The notes: generated by a model not told the origin, from the sequence alone. A stretch of DNA of 55,658 bases from an archaeon (GCA_004212155.1 RXIG01000007.1:1-55658); one strand, 5' to 3'; shown: positions 27,665 to 38,602, counted from the first letter of the stretch. Program-made: numbers and translations.

Positions 27665-28293
27665 CGGTTCTGCATCTGCTTCTTGATCCGTTTCACGACG
27701 AAAAGGCTCTCACGTTCACGTTCGTTGAGGTGCATCTGTATCGTCTTTTGCGTATCCTGAAGGTCGGGCATGATCTTGTATTCTAGGGCGTTGACCCTTC
27801 GTTTCGTCCTCTCGATCTCGGAGAGCACCTTCTTGATGATCGTCTCCACCTCGGCTGCGATCATGACCTTTTCCAGCACGCGTTCGTAGTGGGTCGATGC
27901 CTCGTCGATGCGCGACGACGTGCCGCCGATGCCATAACCACGCTCGAAGATCTTGCGTTGCACGGAGGTCTCTGATATATGGGGCACCTCGATGCCCATG
28001 ATGTTTTGCGTCTTCACGACGATGCGCGGCGTGTCGGTCCTTGCGAACGCAGCCGACTTGATCTTGGCGATGCCGTCGGTGGCCTGGGCCTCGGCAATCT
28101 TCGCACGTGCAAGGTCGTACTCGCTCTCAAGCTCCTCGCGTGCGTCCTTTGCGCGCTCGATGGCGGAAAAGAGCTCCATCATGAGCGCATCACGCTTCTT
28201 TCGCAGGAGTGAGTGACCGGTCTGCGAGAGCTCTATCTTCTTCTTTATCTCCTGCAGTTCGGAGCGAGTAGGATTAATCTCCTTCGTCTGCAG
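27661..28293 (-). CDS. ahaD: A-type ATP synthase subunit D, probable CTG start
   Basis: Conserved N-terminus INPTRSEL...[12 protein letters not shown] lies upstream of the first ATG; KRRVNALE motif; AGGAGG SD 7 nt before the CTG. Confidence 0.92.
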   Translation of the reverse strand: MQTKEINPTRSELQEIKKKIELSQTGHSLLRKKRDALMMELFSAIERAKDAREELESEYDLARAKIAEAQATDGIAKIKSAAFARTDTPRIVVKTQNIMGIEVPHISETSVQRKIFERGYGIGGTSSRIDEASTHYERVLEKVMIAAEVETIIKKVLSEIERTKRRVNALEYKIMPDLQDTQKTIQMHLNERERESLFVVKRIKKQMQNR

Positions 28294-29662
28294 TCGTCTC
28301 CCTCCTGTAGTACGCCTCGAGCATGTCGCCCGGGATCCTTGTCAGTTCGTCCTCGGGAAGCGTCGAAAGGATGTCCCATCCCAGCTCAAGCGTCGTCTCG
28401 ATCGGCCTGTTCTCGTCGCGCCCCTGCATGACAAATCGCTTCTCGAACGTGTCAGCAAATGACAGGAGGCGCTGGTCCCGGGACGTGAGCGCATCCTTGC
28501 CGACGATGGTGGCAAGGCCGCGAAGGTCAAGCCCCTCAGCATATCCTGCGTAGAGCTGGTCCGAGAGCGCCTTGTGGTCGGCGCGCGTCTTACCCTTGCC
28601 GATGCCGCTGTTCATGAGGCGGGAAAGCGATGGAAGCACGTCGATGGGCGGGTAGACGTTCTTTCGGTAGAGGTTGCGGGAGACAAAGATCTGCCCCTCT
28701 GTGATATACCCCGAGAGGTCGGGGACGGGGTGTGTCTTGTCGTCGCCCGGCATCGTGAGTATGGGGAGCTGCGTGACGGACCCGCTCTTGCCCTTGATGA
28801 GCCCCGCACGCTCGTAGATGCTCGCAAGGTCGGTGTAGAGATACCCGGGGTATCCGCGCCGGCCTGGCACCTCCTCGCGCGCGGCGCCGATCTCGAGCAG
28901 CGCCTCGCAGTAGTTGGTCATGTCCGTGAGGATGGTGAGCACGTGGTAACCGTAGTCGAACGCAAGGAACTCGGCCGTTGTCAGCGCCATGCGCGGGGTG
29001 ATGATGCGCTCGATCGACGGGTCGCTTGCGAGGTTTAGGAATACGACGCCGCGCTGGAGCGCTCCCGTGCGCTCGAACTCGTTGATGAACTGCTTTGCCT
29101 CCTCCTGGGTGATGCCTATGGCGCAGAAGACAACGGCAAACGACTCCTCCTCGCCCGTCACGGTGGCCTGGCGGGCTATCTGGAGCGCTATCTCGTTGTG
29201 CGGGAGACCCGAACCCGAGAAGAGCGGGAGCTTCTGGCCGCGAACGAGCGTGTTCATACCGTCGATGGTCGATATTCCCGTCTGGATGAACTCGTTGGGG
29301 CGCGTGCGCGAGTAGGGATTGATGACCTCGCCCTGGATGTTGCGCTTGTCCTCGGGTATGATCTTCCTGCCGCCGTCAAGGGGCGTTCCGATGCCGGAGA
29401 GCACGCGTCCGAGCATCTTGCCCGAGACGGGCATCTGGATGATCTCGCCGGAAAAGTGAACGTACGTTTGCTTGTCGATGCCCTGCGTGTCCTCGAAGAC
29501 CTGCACGATGACGTAGTCCTTTGACGTCTCGAGCACCTGCCCTCGCTTCGTCTCGCCGTTGGAGAGCGTGACCGTCACGAACTCCTTGTATCCCACCGGT
29601 TCGGTCTTCTCGACGAAAAGCAGCGGACCGGCTATCTTGTTGATCGTCTTGTACTCCTTCAT
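28274..29662 (-). CDS. ahaB: A-type ATP synthase subunit B
   Basis: [14 protein letters not shown] and [17 protein letters not shown]. Confidence 0.97.
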   Translation of the reverse strand: MKEYKTINKIAGPLLFVEKTEPVGYKEFVTVTLSNGETKRGQVLETSKDYVIVQVFEDTQGIDKQTYVHFSGEIIQMPVSGKMLGRVLSGIGTPLDGGRKIIPEDKRNIQGEVINPYSRTRPNEFIQTGISTIDGMNTLVRGQKLPLFSGSGLPHNEIALQIARQATVTGEEESFAVVFCAIGITQEEAKQFINEFERTGALQRGVVFLNLASDPSIERIITPRMALTTAEFLAFDYGYHVLTILTDMTNYCEALLEIGAAREEVPGRRGYPGYLYTDLASIYERAGLIKGKSGSVTQLPILTMPGDDKTHPVPDLSGYITEGQIFVSRNLYRKNVYPPIDVLPSLSRLMNSGIGKGKTRADHKALSDQLYAGYAEGLDLRGLATIVGKDALTSRDQRLLSFADTFEKRFVMQGRDENRPIETTLELGWDILSTLPEDELTRIPGDMLEAYYRRETTADEGD

Positions 29663-31425
29663 TCCTTCTCACCACCGAAGAGCTCGTTGAAGTCCTTTTC
29701 TATCTGTGTCGACACCTTCTTCGAGTACGCCTTGTAATCGCGCTCGTACTTCATCCGCGCGATCATCGGCCTCGAGGGAAGATCGAGTATCTCGTCGACG
29801 TGCTTGTTGAGTTCGATGGCGCGGTACGCATTGTCTGAAAACGAGAGTAGGAGATTGACCATCATGTACTGCTTCTCGAGGGGGCAGAACGTGTCGACAT
29901 CATGGAACGCGTCCTGCTGCAGGAAGTACTCCCGCACCATGCGTGCGATCTCGAGTGTCATCTGCTGGTCCTCGGGCAGCGCGTCGGAACCAACGAGCTG
30001 CACGATCTCTGAGAGCTCATCTTCCCGCGAGAGCAACTCCATGAGCCGTTTCATGTTGGCGACCCATCCCGGGTACGAACGCTCGAGCGTGGGTGTCACC
30101 TGGTCCTGGTAGAGTGAGTATGACTTCAGCCAGTTGATGGCGGGGAAGTGCCGCCTGTTTGCGAGCTTGGCGTCAAGCGCCCAGAACGTCTTGGTCACGC
30201 GCAGCGTGTTTTGCGTCACCGGTTCGCTGAAGTCACCGCCCTGGGGCGATACGGCGCCGATGACGGTCACCGACCCCTCGCCGCCGGAGAGCGTCTCGAT
30301 GCGCCCTGCGCGTTCGTAGAACTCGGCCAGGCGGGACGCGAGGTAGGCGGGATATCCCTCCTCGCCGGGAAGCTCTTCAAGGCGTGAGGATATCTCCCTC
30401 ATCGCCTCGGCCCATCGGGACGTCGAGTCGGCCATGAGCGCCACGTCGTATCCCATGTCACGAAAGTACTCCGCGATGGTGATGCCGGTATAGACCGACG
30501 CCTCGCGCGCCGCCACGGGCATGTTCGACGTGTTGGCGATGAGCACCGTTCTGTCCATGAGGGGCGAGCCGCTCTTCGGATCGACGAGTTCGGGGAACTC
30601 GACGAGCACGTCCGTCATCTCGTTGCCGCGCTCGCCGCAGCCGATATAGACGATGACATCAGCGTCGGCCCACTTGGCGAGCTGTTGCTGCGTGATCGTC
30701 TTGCCGCTCCCGAAGGGGCCCGGTATCGCCGCCGTTCCCCCCTTGGCGAGGGGAAAGAGCGTGTCGAGGATGCGCTGTCCCGTGACGAGCACCGTGTCGG
30801 GCCATCGCTTGTCGTAAAACGGGCGGTGCTTCTTGACGGGCCATCGCTGCATGAGTGTGAGGCTCGTGCCGTCCTCGAGGGTGCATACGGTATCGGTGAC
30901 CGTGAACTCGCCCGATGCGATATCGCGTATCGTCCCCTTCGTATAGGGGGGGACGAGGATGTGGTGCCTGAAGTTTGCTGTCTCATCGACATACCCGATC
31001 GCGTCGCCTCCCTTGACCGTGTCTCCCACTTCCTTGGTGGCCACGAACGTCCACTTCTTCTCGCGTGAAAGGGCAGGTATTGTCACCCCGCGCCTGATGA
31101 ACGACGACTCCTCGGCGATGAGGGGGAGCGGACGCTGGATGCCGTCGTAGATCGACGCGAGGAGGCCTGGGCCCAGCTCGACCGAGAGCGGCGTGCCGGT
31201 ATTTTCCACAGGATCGTCGGGCTTTATGAGCTCCGTATCCTCGTAGACCTGCACGATCGACTTGTTGCCCTCGATCTCGATGACCTCGCCCATGAGCTTG
31301 TTGTGTCCAACCAAGACGACGTCATACATGCGGCCGTTGAGGTTCTCCACTATGACGACTGGGCCTGCCACCTTGTAGATGCGTGGCTCCGTGTTTGACG
31401 AGTATGAACTTAAGCTTACTTCCAT
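29659..31425 (-). CDS. ahaA: A-type ATP synthase catalytic subunit A (no intein)
   Basis: [16 protein letters not shown] and [10 protein letters not shown]; 588 aa. Confidence 0.97.
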   Translation of the reverse strand: MEVSLSSYSSNTEPRIYKVAGPVVIVENLNGRMYDVVLVGHNKLMGEVIEIEGNKSIVQVYEDTELIKPDDPVENTGTPLSVELGPGLLASIYDGIQRPLPLIAEESSFIRRGVTIPALSREKKWTFVATKEVGDTVKGGDAIGYVDETANFRHHILVPPYTKGTIRDIASGEFTVTDTVCTLEDGTSLTLMQRWPVKKHRPFYDKRWPDTVLVTGQRILDTLFPLAKGGTAAIPGPFGSGKTITQQQLAKWADADVIVYIGCGERGNEMTDVLVEFPELVDPKSGSPLMDRTVLIANTSNMPVAAREASVYTGITIAEYFRDMGYDVALMADSTSRWAEAMREISSRLEELPGEEGYPAYLASRLAEFYERAGRIETLSGGEGSVTVIGAVSPQGGDFSEPVTQNTLRVTKTFWALDAKLANRRHFPAINWLKSYSLYQDQVTPTLERSYPGWVANMKRLMELLSREDELSEIVQLVGSDALPEDQQMTLEIARMVREYFLQQDAFHDVDTFCPLEKQYMMVNLLLSFSDNAYRAIELNKHVDEILDLPSRPMIARMKYERDYKAYSKKVSTQIEKDFNELFGGEKE

Positions 31426-31715
31426 AGATCTACACCCACTACCTTGATGATCTGATTCTTGATATCGATGTTTCGCTTTTCCCCCACGGGGAAGACGACG
31501 GGTTGCGTCGTCTCCTCGATGCGGCGCCTCAGGGAGGATGAGAGTTCATGCAGGATGTGGTGGGGGATGATGACGATACCGGCCGTCGCATCGGTGAGCA
31601 GGCCGTCGAGGGCCCTTTCGTACTCTTCTGGATACTGTGCATAGATGCTCCGCTTGACACCAGCTAGACGGAATCCTATGGTGAAGTTCTCTTCACCGAC
31701 GACGACGATGTCCAT
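31416..31715 (-). CDS. ahaF: A-type ATP synthase subunit F
   Basis: IVVVG...GFRLAGV and VGVDLW; operon position. Confidence 0.93.
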   Translation of the reverse strand: MDIVVVGEENFTIGFRLAGVKRSIYAQYPEEYERALDGLLTDATAGIVIIPHHILHELSSSLRRRIEETTQPVVFPVGEKRNIDIKNQIIKVVGVDLWK

Positions 31716-32701
31716 TATACCACCAGCATCCTCTCTATCGTTTCCGGGGGGATGTCGAGCTGTTTTCCCCTCGTTATGAGTCGTAAGTTGACAATTTCCT
31801 GATATTTCCTGAGTATGAATCCGAGCACCATCAGCGGCGTGAACATGTGGAGGTGTGATATCTTCTCCCCGTAGAGGATGTGCTGCTTGTCCACATCCTG
31901 CTCCATGATGGTCAGCGGTTCGTCGGGCCTGAGCTCGAAGTCGTGGTAGAGCCCGTTAATCTTCTTGACGACCTCCTCGAACGTCAATCCCTTGAACTTC
32001 TCGCATGTCGCGGGCGTTACCTTGTTTCCCGAAGGTAGGAGCTCCTTTCGTATGAGTTCGAAGTCGGCCCCCTCATGCACGAGGCGCAGCATGATCTTGA
32101 TGTTTCTCATATCGACCTCGCGCCTGAGGAACGAGACGAGCAGTTCCTCGCCCACATCGTCTGCAAGCGCGATGAGGTCCTGGTAGTACCTCCTGTCAAG
32201 CTCCGTTTCGAGCTCCTGGAGCGATTCGTATCCCACAGGTAGTATCTTTTTCTTCTCCAACTCGCCTTTCACCGATTCGTAGTCCTTTCTCGTGAGCGAG
32301 AGCAGGTATGAAAAGGAGAGCGAACCGACCGGCACCAGCGTCTCTGCTATCTCCTCTTCCGACGTGCCGGACTGGAGCCCACGCAGTATGGCCTTGATGT
32401 TCGATATGTCCCAGCGTTGCATATAGCCGACGATGAGCTCGTGCAACATGCCTTCCGAGATCGTGATGAGTTTTTGATACGTGCGGGCAAGATTGAGATT
32501 GAGCGCATACTCGATGAGGTCGACGCCGCGAAAGCTCTTTGCAAGCTCTGTCACGTCCTCGTGATACTCGCCCTCGCTGATGTAGCGCGTGATCTCGGGA
32601 AGCTCCATGAGCAGCATCTTCTGATAGGTGATGAGCGGGAGGAGCTTTGACTTCATCGCCGAGACGCGTGCATTGAGGTATGAGATGTTGTCGTCATCCA
32701 T
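31715..32701 (-). CDS. ahaC: A-type ATP synthase subunit C
   Basis: YLNARVSAMKSKLL, WDISNIK and NLRLITRG. Confidence 0.92.
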   Translation of the reverse strand: MDDDNISYLNARVSAMKSKLLPLITYQKMLLMELPEITRYISEGEYHEDVTELAKSFRGVDLIEYALNLNLARTYQKLITISEGMLHELIVGYMQRWDISNIKAILRGLQSGTSEEEIAETLVPVGSLSFSYLLSLTRKDYESVKGELEKKKILPVGYESLQELETELDRRYYQDLIALADDVGEELLVSFLRREVDMRNIKIMLRLVHEGADFELIRKELLPSGNKVTPATCEKFKGLTFEEVVKKINGLYHDFELRPDEPLTIMEQDVDKQHILYGEKISHLHMFTPLMVLGFILRKYQEIVNLRLITRGKQLDIPPETIERMLVV

Positions 32702-33326
32702 GTTCGCCTTCACCCAATAGGATCTGATACACGGTGATGAGAGACCTCTCATACACCTCTTCCAGGATGACGTCGTAGGTGAGGTTCACACGCCAGTTTC
32801 CCGTCTCCGCCTCCGCGATGACGCCTCCGATGCAATTGATGACGCCCCCGAACTCGAGGTCGGAGAGCTCAAGGATGACATCCTTGTCCCGCTCATTGCT
32901 GTAGACGTAGAAGGGACGTTCCTTCATGCGTTCCTCGTGTATGCGTTTCCCTGCGACGACGGACTGGATCGAGAAGACGGGTGTCGCGTGCGCCACGTGG
33001 AGCAGCTTGTTGAGCAGGTCCCTGTTTCGTTCGTCATCGATGTCCTTGACGTTGGCCTTGAGCCGTTCCCAGCATTCGTCCAATATTTCTTTTTCAAGCT
33101 TCAATTGGCGTCGCTGATAGCGCATCTTGAGCTGCGAGTGTCGTACGTCCTTTCGTTCCTCAACCTCTCGTTCGATCTCGTGCTTTTTCTCATTCATCAT
33201 CTCCTCGGCCTCTGCACGGGCCTGGGTGACGATGTCGTCAGCCGTTTTCTTCCCTTCGTCGATTATCTCCTGCGCCTGGCGCTTGCCTTCTTCCCGTATC
33301 TGTTCAAGTACGTTTTCCAGTGCCAT
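32694..33326 (-). CDS. ahaE: A-type ATP synthase subunit E
   Basis: N-terminal coiled coil; IGGVIAE...VNLTY; operon position. Confidence 0.88.
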   Translation of the reverse strand: MALENVLEQIREEGKRQAQEIIDEGKKTADDIVTQARAEAEEMMNEKKHEIEREVEERKDVRHSQLKMRYQRRQLKLEKEILDECWERLKANVKDIDDERNRDLLNKLLHVAHATPVFSIQSVVAGKRIHEERMKERPFYVYSNERDKDVILELSDLEFGGVINCIGGVIAEAETGNWRVNLTYDVILEEVYERSLITVYQILLGEGEHG

Positions 33327-33331
33327 CACTA

Positions 33332-33568
33332 TCACAGTCCGGGGAGGACCACGAAGAGCAATATAAGGGCTACGGCCAGACCGAAGATGACGATGGTCTC
33401 GGGTATGACGGTAAGGAGCAGCGCCTTGCCGAAGAGTTCCTCCTTCTCGGCCATCGCCCCTACGGCTGCCGAACCTATCTGACGTTCGGCTATGGCTGAT
33501 GCAATACCAGTGAGACCAACCGCGAGTGCGGCCGATAGTGCTATAAGACCTGTTGTTAAATCTGCCAC
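33332..33568 (-). CDS. ahaK: A-type ATP synthase subunit K (c), single hairpin
   Basis: 78 aa, two TM helices, AERQIG...IPETIVIFG. Confidence 0.93.
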   Translation of the reverse strand: MADLTTGLIALSAALAVGLTGIASAIAERQIGSAAVGAMAEKEELFGKALLLTVIPETIVIFGLAVALILLFVVLPGL

Positions 33569-33571
33569 GTG

Positions 33572-35206
33572 TTACACCTCCTCATTTCTTATACCCAATG
33601 GGGTGAACTTGACACCCCCTCCCTTGTAGAACTTTGTAAAGAACTCGACATATTGCAAACGAAGCGAGTGCAAAAACGATGCAATGATGCCAAGTGCCAG
33701 ATTGAGTGTGTGCCCCATTACAAGCAGCAGTACGCCGAGGATGGCGTAGAAGATGCCATTTGGCAGGAGCAAATCGAATGCGATCTTGTTGATGGCAAGT
33801 GCGATTCCTACCGATGAGAGGCCAATGGCCAGCAACCTGGTATACGAGACCAAGTGGGATATGAGGGTAAATATCTCAAGCAGTCCTATCATTCCCTCTC
33901 CGAGAATCATCATCACGGCGAAAACGACGAGTACGCCGCCAATCGGGTAGGTGTAGTCAGGGAAAAGCAGGAATCCTATGATACAGTAGAGTATGCCTAT
34001 CCATGAAATCTTTTCCAGAATGGCGTGCTTGAGTCCCTCTTTTCTATACACATTAATGAATCCTATGACATATCCAAGCGTGATGTGGACGACGCCTATG
34101 CCGACACTTGCTATAAGCAGCGGCACGATCTCGTCAAGCCGATGTGCTATGGGGAGATGTATCCCTGCAACACTATCGATGCCAAGGGTGTGGTAGATCT
34201 CGGCACCAAAGAACTCGCCATAAAAGAGTCCAAAGAACATGGTAAAGTAGCTCGCGTAGGACATCATGTTGAGCAGTGACTGCCATCCGGTGGAATGCAT
34301 TTTTCTTCTTAGAAGCTGCACGAGACCGAACAATGAGAGTCCGTATCCGAAGTCGCCGAGCATGAACCCGTAAAACAGCGGAAATGTGAACGCGATAAGG
34401 AGCGTTGGCGATACCTCGTCGTAGTTTGGCGTCGAGAACATGTCAACGAGCGTGTCAAAGGGTTTGAACGGCTTTGGCGTCTCGACATAGGTCGGTATGC
34501 CCTCCTCGACCTCGTCGAGCTCGACGACGTGCACCTTGTCACCAGTCGATTTTTGCAGCTCCTCGCGGGCGTGCTCGATGTTGTCAGAGGGCATCCATCC
34601 CTCGATGACGAACGTGTTTTCCGTCGTGGCGAGCCGAAGCGGCGTCTCCGCCTTCTCTATCTCGCGTGAGAGGAAGTCCTCCGCGGTGACGATGAAGTTC
34701 CGGTACTCCTCGTTGATGTGCTTGAGCTCGTCCTCGAGCTCCTGTTTCTCCTTGATGAGATTCTCCTTGGAGTTGATGAGGTCGAGCATGATGCTGTTTA
34801 CATCCTCTGATAGGCCAAGTTTCTTGAGCTCGCCGACGTCATCGATCTTCTCGATGTCAGAAAGGAGTATCTGGATGTCCTCGAGCTTCTTTCTCTTCTT
34901 CATGACCTCGTTCTCGAGGTGGTCGAGACGCTCCTTGAACTCCTTTGAGAACTCGAAGTCCTTCATCTCCCGGTCCGCGCTCTTGTCGGAAAGGTTGAGC
35001 ACGTCCTTGAGCGCCCGCAGTGAGAGGACGTATTCGCTGAAAAGCGAGGTCTTCTTGATCGGTTTTCCGATCTCGAACCCTTCTTCTGAGCCCTGATAAT
35101 CGATAATATGGATAATCTTGAGGTCGTAGAGTGTATTGATGGTGCTCTCAAGGACGTCCTTGCTGCCAACGATGAGGACCTTATTCATTTTCTTCGGCTT
35201 GAGCAT
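33572..35206 (-). CDS. ahaI: A-type ATP synthase subunit I (a)
   Basis: FMLGDFGYG, SYTRL and HSLRLQYVEFF. Confidence 0.93.
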   Translation of the reverse strand: MLKPKKMNKVLIVGSKDVLESTINTLYDLKIIHIIDYQGSEEGFEIGKPIKKTSLFSEYVLSLRALKDVLNLSDKSADREMKDFEFSKEFKERLDHLENEVMKKRKKLEDIQILLSDIEKIDDVGELKKLGLSEDVNSIMLDLINSKENLIKEKQELEDELKHINEEYRNFIVTAEDFLSREIEKAETPLRLATTENTFVIEGWMPSDNIEHAREELQKSTGDKVHVVELDEVEEGIPTYVETPKPFKPFDTLVDMFSTPNYDEVSPTLLIAFTFPLFYGFMLGDFGYGLSLFGLVQLLRRKMHSTGWQSLLNMMSYASYFTMFFGLFYGEFFGAEIYHTLGIDSVAGIHLPIAHRLDEIVPLLIASVGIGVVHITLGYVIGFINVYRKEGLKHAILEKISWIGILYCIIGFLLFPDYTYPIGGVLVVFAVMMILGEGMIGLLEIFTLISHLVSYTRLLAIGLSSVGIALAINKIAFDLLLPNGIFYAILGVLLLVMGHTLNLALGIIASFLHSLRLQYVEFFTKFYKGGGVKFTPLGIRNEEV

Positions 35207-35525
35207 TGATATACCTCTCGAACTCTTCTACCAGTTGCGAGACTGCCTCGTCCATGCGAGACCTGGAATGCGCCCGCATCTCCTCGAGGTGTGTTTCCTG
35301 TTCCTCGATGAGCGCCTGTTCCTCCTGGGTTCGTTCCTGTTCGAACTCCTCTAGAGCTTCACGATAGAGGCGCGCTGCCTTCTGTTCGGCTTCCTCTCGA
35401 ATCTTGTGGGCCTCAAGGCGGGCCGACTCGATCATCTTGTCCCGCCGTTGTTCCGCCTCACGGATTCGTTCCTTGTTGCGTTCCTCTTCCTGTTTTATCT
35501 TGATCAGAACGTCCTTTTTTTTCAA
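35181..35525 (-). CDS. ahaH: A-type ATP synthase subunit H
   Basis: Charged coiled coil, first gene of the operon, TTG start after GGTGAGG. Confidence 0.85.
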   Translation of the reverse strand: MKKKDVLIKIKQEEERNKERIREAEQRRDKMIESARLEAHKIREEAEQKAARLYREALEEFEQERTQEEQALIEEQETHLEEMRAHSRSRMDEAVSQLVEEFERYINAQAEENE

Positions 35526-35899
35526 AAATCCTCACCACAGAAAATGTTGCTATCGATTGGTAAGGCTATCCTACACACCGGCAGTAGACCTAATTTACTA
35601 CTATTTAAATAACTTTTGCAGTTTGTGGTTTTGCTCTTAAGGGATAGTGCGGGACATCAATTCATCAGGGGTGGGTCATGTACGCCAATTTATATTCGCG
35701 CTTGTTGTTCTATTATCGTCAACGCAGATGCAGTTGGGCGAGGGGTGGCAGGCCATATGAGCAAAGCCGCCATTTCAGCAGATAAGCACCAATATATGCA
35801 ATTATGGCCTCGATGAATGCTTATTTGATGCATGCATGTATCGTTACCCCGTGCGCCATGGGAGAAGCACTCCGTGCTATCAGCTGAAAAACGATTTGT

Positions 35900-35933
35900 A
35901 AAAATAATGAAAGGCCCGCCCCATGGCCGGGCC
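35900..35933 (-). terminator. Hairpin plus T-tract terminator downstream of rbcL
   Basis: Minus strand GGCCCG-N9-CGGGCC followed by TTTCATTATTTTT. Confidence 0.55.
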
Positions 35934-35944
35934 GTTCCAGTTGC

Positions 35945-37180
35945 TTACTTGTTCCAAAGCTCGAGGGCCTTGGCGAGTTGCTCATGTTCCTTGGCGTACT
36001 CATTGATAGGGATGTTTTTCATGGTCGCATCGACCGATTGTCGCAGTGCGCGCGCCCCTTCGATCGTACCGTCGGGATGGCCATGTATGCCGCCGCCCGC
36101 CTGTATCACGATGTCCGTGCCCATGATCGAGACGAGGTCCGGCACATGTCCCGGATGGAGTCCACCTGAGCAGACGGCAAACGTCGTCTCATGGGGTCCC
36201 ATCGGCCGCTCGAGCTGCTCCTTGTTGTTGAGCACCTCTTTCTTGCCACCCTCCATCTTTCCAATGACGGTGCCTATGTGGAGCTGGTCAGCACCTCCGA
36301 GGCGCGCGAGGAGCGCAAGGACGCCCATCGATACGCCATGCACCGGACTGCGCGTCATTGCCGCATGCATCGCGCGATGCGCGTGTATGAACATCCCGAG
36401 GTCTGCGTCCCGCAGCTCTTGGAGCGCATAGTAACCTGCCGCAATGATGTCGAGCATGACGCAGTTGCCCCCGTGGTCCTTCACGAACTGTGCCTGCTCG
36501 AGCATCCTCGGTCCCGTTACGTTGGCGGCGTATGCCTTCTTCTCGCCTGTCTCCTCGCTGGCCCTGTCGAGTGCCTCGAGCACGTTCACGATACGGTCCT
36601 CGAAGGGGCAGAAGCGCTGATTTGTCAGATTCTCGTCGTCCTTGACGAGGTCGCAGCCGCCATAATACGATTCGTAGGCCACCTCGGCCGTCTCCTTTGG
36701 GTTAAGGCCGATCTTGGGCTTGACGATGGTTCCCACATGCGGCCGCCCCGACTTGTCGGTGCCAAGCAGCTTGCGCACGCCCTTCATGCCAAACGCGGGT
36801 CCCTTGAACGTCTTCACGTAGTCGTCGGGAAAGTCGATGCCGTTGAGCCGGAGGTTGTGGACCTCCTTCATGCCGAAAATGTTGCCCGCGACGTCAGAGA
36901 GCAGCTGTGGGATGCTGTTGTCGACGAACATGTCGATCGGATAGGCGATCGTGATGTCGTTTCCCTTTATTGAGACCACTTTCGCGGCCAGGCGCTCTAT
37001 TCTGTCCTTCATCGTCTGGATTGGCGTCCACGTACCGACAGAGGATTCTCCCGCTGCGACGTTTGCCGCATGTCGCACGTTGTCTGCTTCGATATGGAAA
37101 TGGCAGAGCAGATATTTGTCCTGGTCAATTTCAGAATGCACGTCTATGAACTTTTCCTCATAATCAATTTCAGTCACCAC
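35945..37180 (-). CDS. rbcL: Form III RuBisCO large subunit
   Basis: Catalytic set present: AGESS, AGN, KPKIG, DLVKDDENLT, AHRAMH, LHIGT..GKM, SGG and QAGGGIHGHP. Confidence 0.93.
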   Translation of the reverse strand: MVTEIDYEEKFIDVHSEIDQDKYLLCHFHIEADNVRHAANVAAGESSVGTWTPIQTMKDRIERLAAKVVSIKGNDITIAYPIDMFVDNSIPQLLSDVAGNIFGMKEVHNLRLNGIDFPDDYVKTFKGPAFGMKGVRKLLGTDKSGRPHVGTIVKPKIGLNPKETAEVAYESYYGGCDLVKDDENLTNQRFCPFEDRIVNVLEALDRASEETGEKKAYAANVTGPRMLEQAQFVKDHGGNCVMLDIIAAGYYALQELRDADLGMFIHAHRAMHAAMTRSPVHGVSMGVLALLARLGGADQLHIGTVIGKMEGGKKEVLNNKEQLERPMGPHETTFAVCSGGLHPGHVPDLVSIMGTDIVIQAGGGIHGHPDGTIEGARALRQSVDATMKNIPINEYAKEHEQLAKALELWNK

Positions 37181-37630
37181 ATCACCTGTGTATCACTACT
37201 GATAGTAAATATATAAAAGTGCGCATGCGACCAATGCGTCACGCGCCCAACGACGGAGCCAATAATCGCGTCTTGGCAATTTGGGCATGGCGGAGAGGAG
37301 AAAAGAAAACGTGTTCCGCCATCCCAAAAGCCTTTCTGAATATGGGAGGAATTAGAGATGAGGGAATGAAGCACCCTTTAAATATTTTATTGTCTCCATT
37401 TCATGACGTTTTCCTCTCCTTTATGGCATGCTTCATAGCGTGCGTTACGGCATCGTCTATCGCCATAATTTTAATAGAAAAATTATGGTCCGGTCGTAAT
37501 TATGCGGCGCGTGCCGCAGCATTGCCTATGCCCTTGACCCCTGATGGCATTTATGGGCAAATATTTATAGTACCGCACCCTAGACTCTTTGATTCCGTTA
37601 CGTGCTTCGCGTGAAACGGTGGAATGAAAA

Positions 37631-38602
37631 ATGATTACGCTCGGTATCGAATCCACGGCCCATACGTTTGGTGTTGGCATATGCGATGATGATGCCATCC
37701 TCTCGAACGTTACCGACACGTACAGGGGGGAGGGGATCCATCCAAGAAAGGCGGCCGACCACCATGCCGATGTCGCAGGCGACGTGACGCGCCGCGCACT
37801 CGAACATGCCGGACTTTGCGCATCGGACATCGACCTCGTCTCTTTCTCACAGGGTCCGGGCCTCGGGCCGTGCCTGCGGGTTGGCGCTACTGCGGCACGT
37901 GCCCTTTCGCTGCGAAACAACGTTCCCATCGTTGGCGTAAACCACTGTATCGCCCATATCGAGGTCGGGCGCTTCCTCCTTGGCATCGACGATCCCGTGA
38001 CGCTCTACGTATCGGGCGGCAACACGCAGATACTGGCGTATGCGGGTGGCAGGTACCGTGTGTTCGGCGAGACGCTCGACATCGGCATTGGCAATATGCA
38101 GGACACCTTTGCGCGTGCCGTCGGTATCGAGTTCCCCTGCGGCAAACGCATCGACGAGCTCGTCTCCGCAGGCACGACCTACCTTGACATCCCCTATACG
38201 ATCAAGGGGATGGACTTCTCGTTCACGGGCATGCTCTCCGAGGCGATCAAGCATGCTCGCACCCATCCGCTTGAGGATGTGACGTACTCGCTGATGGAGA
38301 CGGCGTTTTCCATCGTGGTCGAGGCCACCGAACGCGCAATGTCTCACACCCAAAAGCGCGACCTTCTCCTGGCGGGAGGCAACGCCGCGTCACCCCGGTT
38401 GCGCGAGATGTGCACGATCATGGCACACGACCGTGACGGTGAGGTCCACATACCCCCCTTTGCCGTCTGCCGCGACAACGGTGCGATGATCGCGGTCGAG
38501 GGCATGGTCGAGTATGCCGCAGGGAGACGCATGGCGCTGCATGAGACCACGATACGACAGAAATGGAGATCGGACGAGGTGGATGTCATATGGAGAGACT
38601 GA
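37631..38602 (+). CDS. kae1: KEOPS t6A transferase Kae1
   Basis: LGIESTAHT, HCIAHIE, LYVSGGNT and CRDNGAMIA. Confidence 0.95.
   Translation: MITLGIESTAHTFGVGICDDDAILSNVTDTYRGEGIHPRKAADHHADVAGDVTRRALEHAGLCASDIDLVSFSQGPGLGPCLRVGATAARALSLRNNVPIVGVNHCIAHIEVGRFLLGIDDPVTLYVSGGNTQILAYAGGRYRVFGETLDIGIGNMQDTFARAVGIEFPCGKRIDELVSAGTTYLDIPYTIKGMDFSFTGMLSEAIKHARTHPLEDVTYSLMETAFSIVVEATERAMSHTQKRDLLLAGGNAASPRLREMCTIMAHDRDGEVHIPPFAVCRDNGAMIAVEGMVEYAAGRRMALHETTIRQKWRSDEVDVIWRD

Noticed and set aside
29659-31425. Intein in ATP synthase subunit A
   Set aside because: Normal length (588 aa) with a contiguous P-loop region
37401-37466. Minus-strand 21-codon ORF MAIDDAVTHAMKHAIKERKTS, reminiscent of a histone-fold segment
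   Set aside because: Too short, no upstream histone helices in frame and no SD; probably chance
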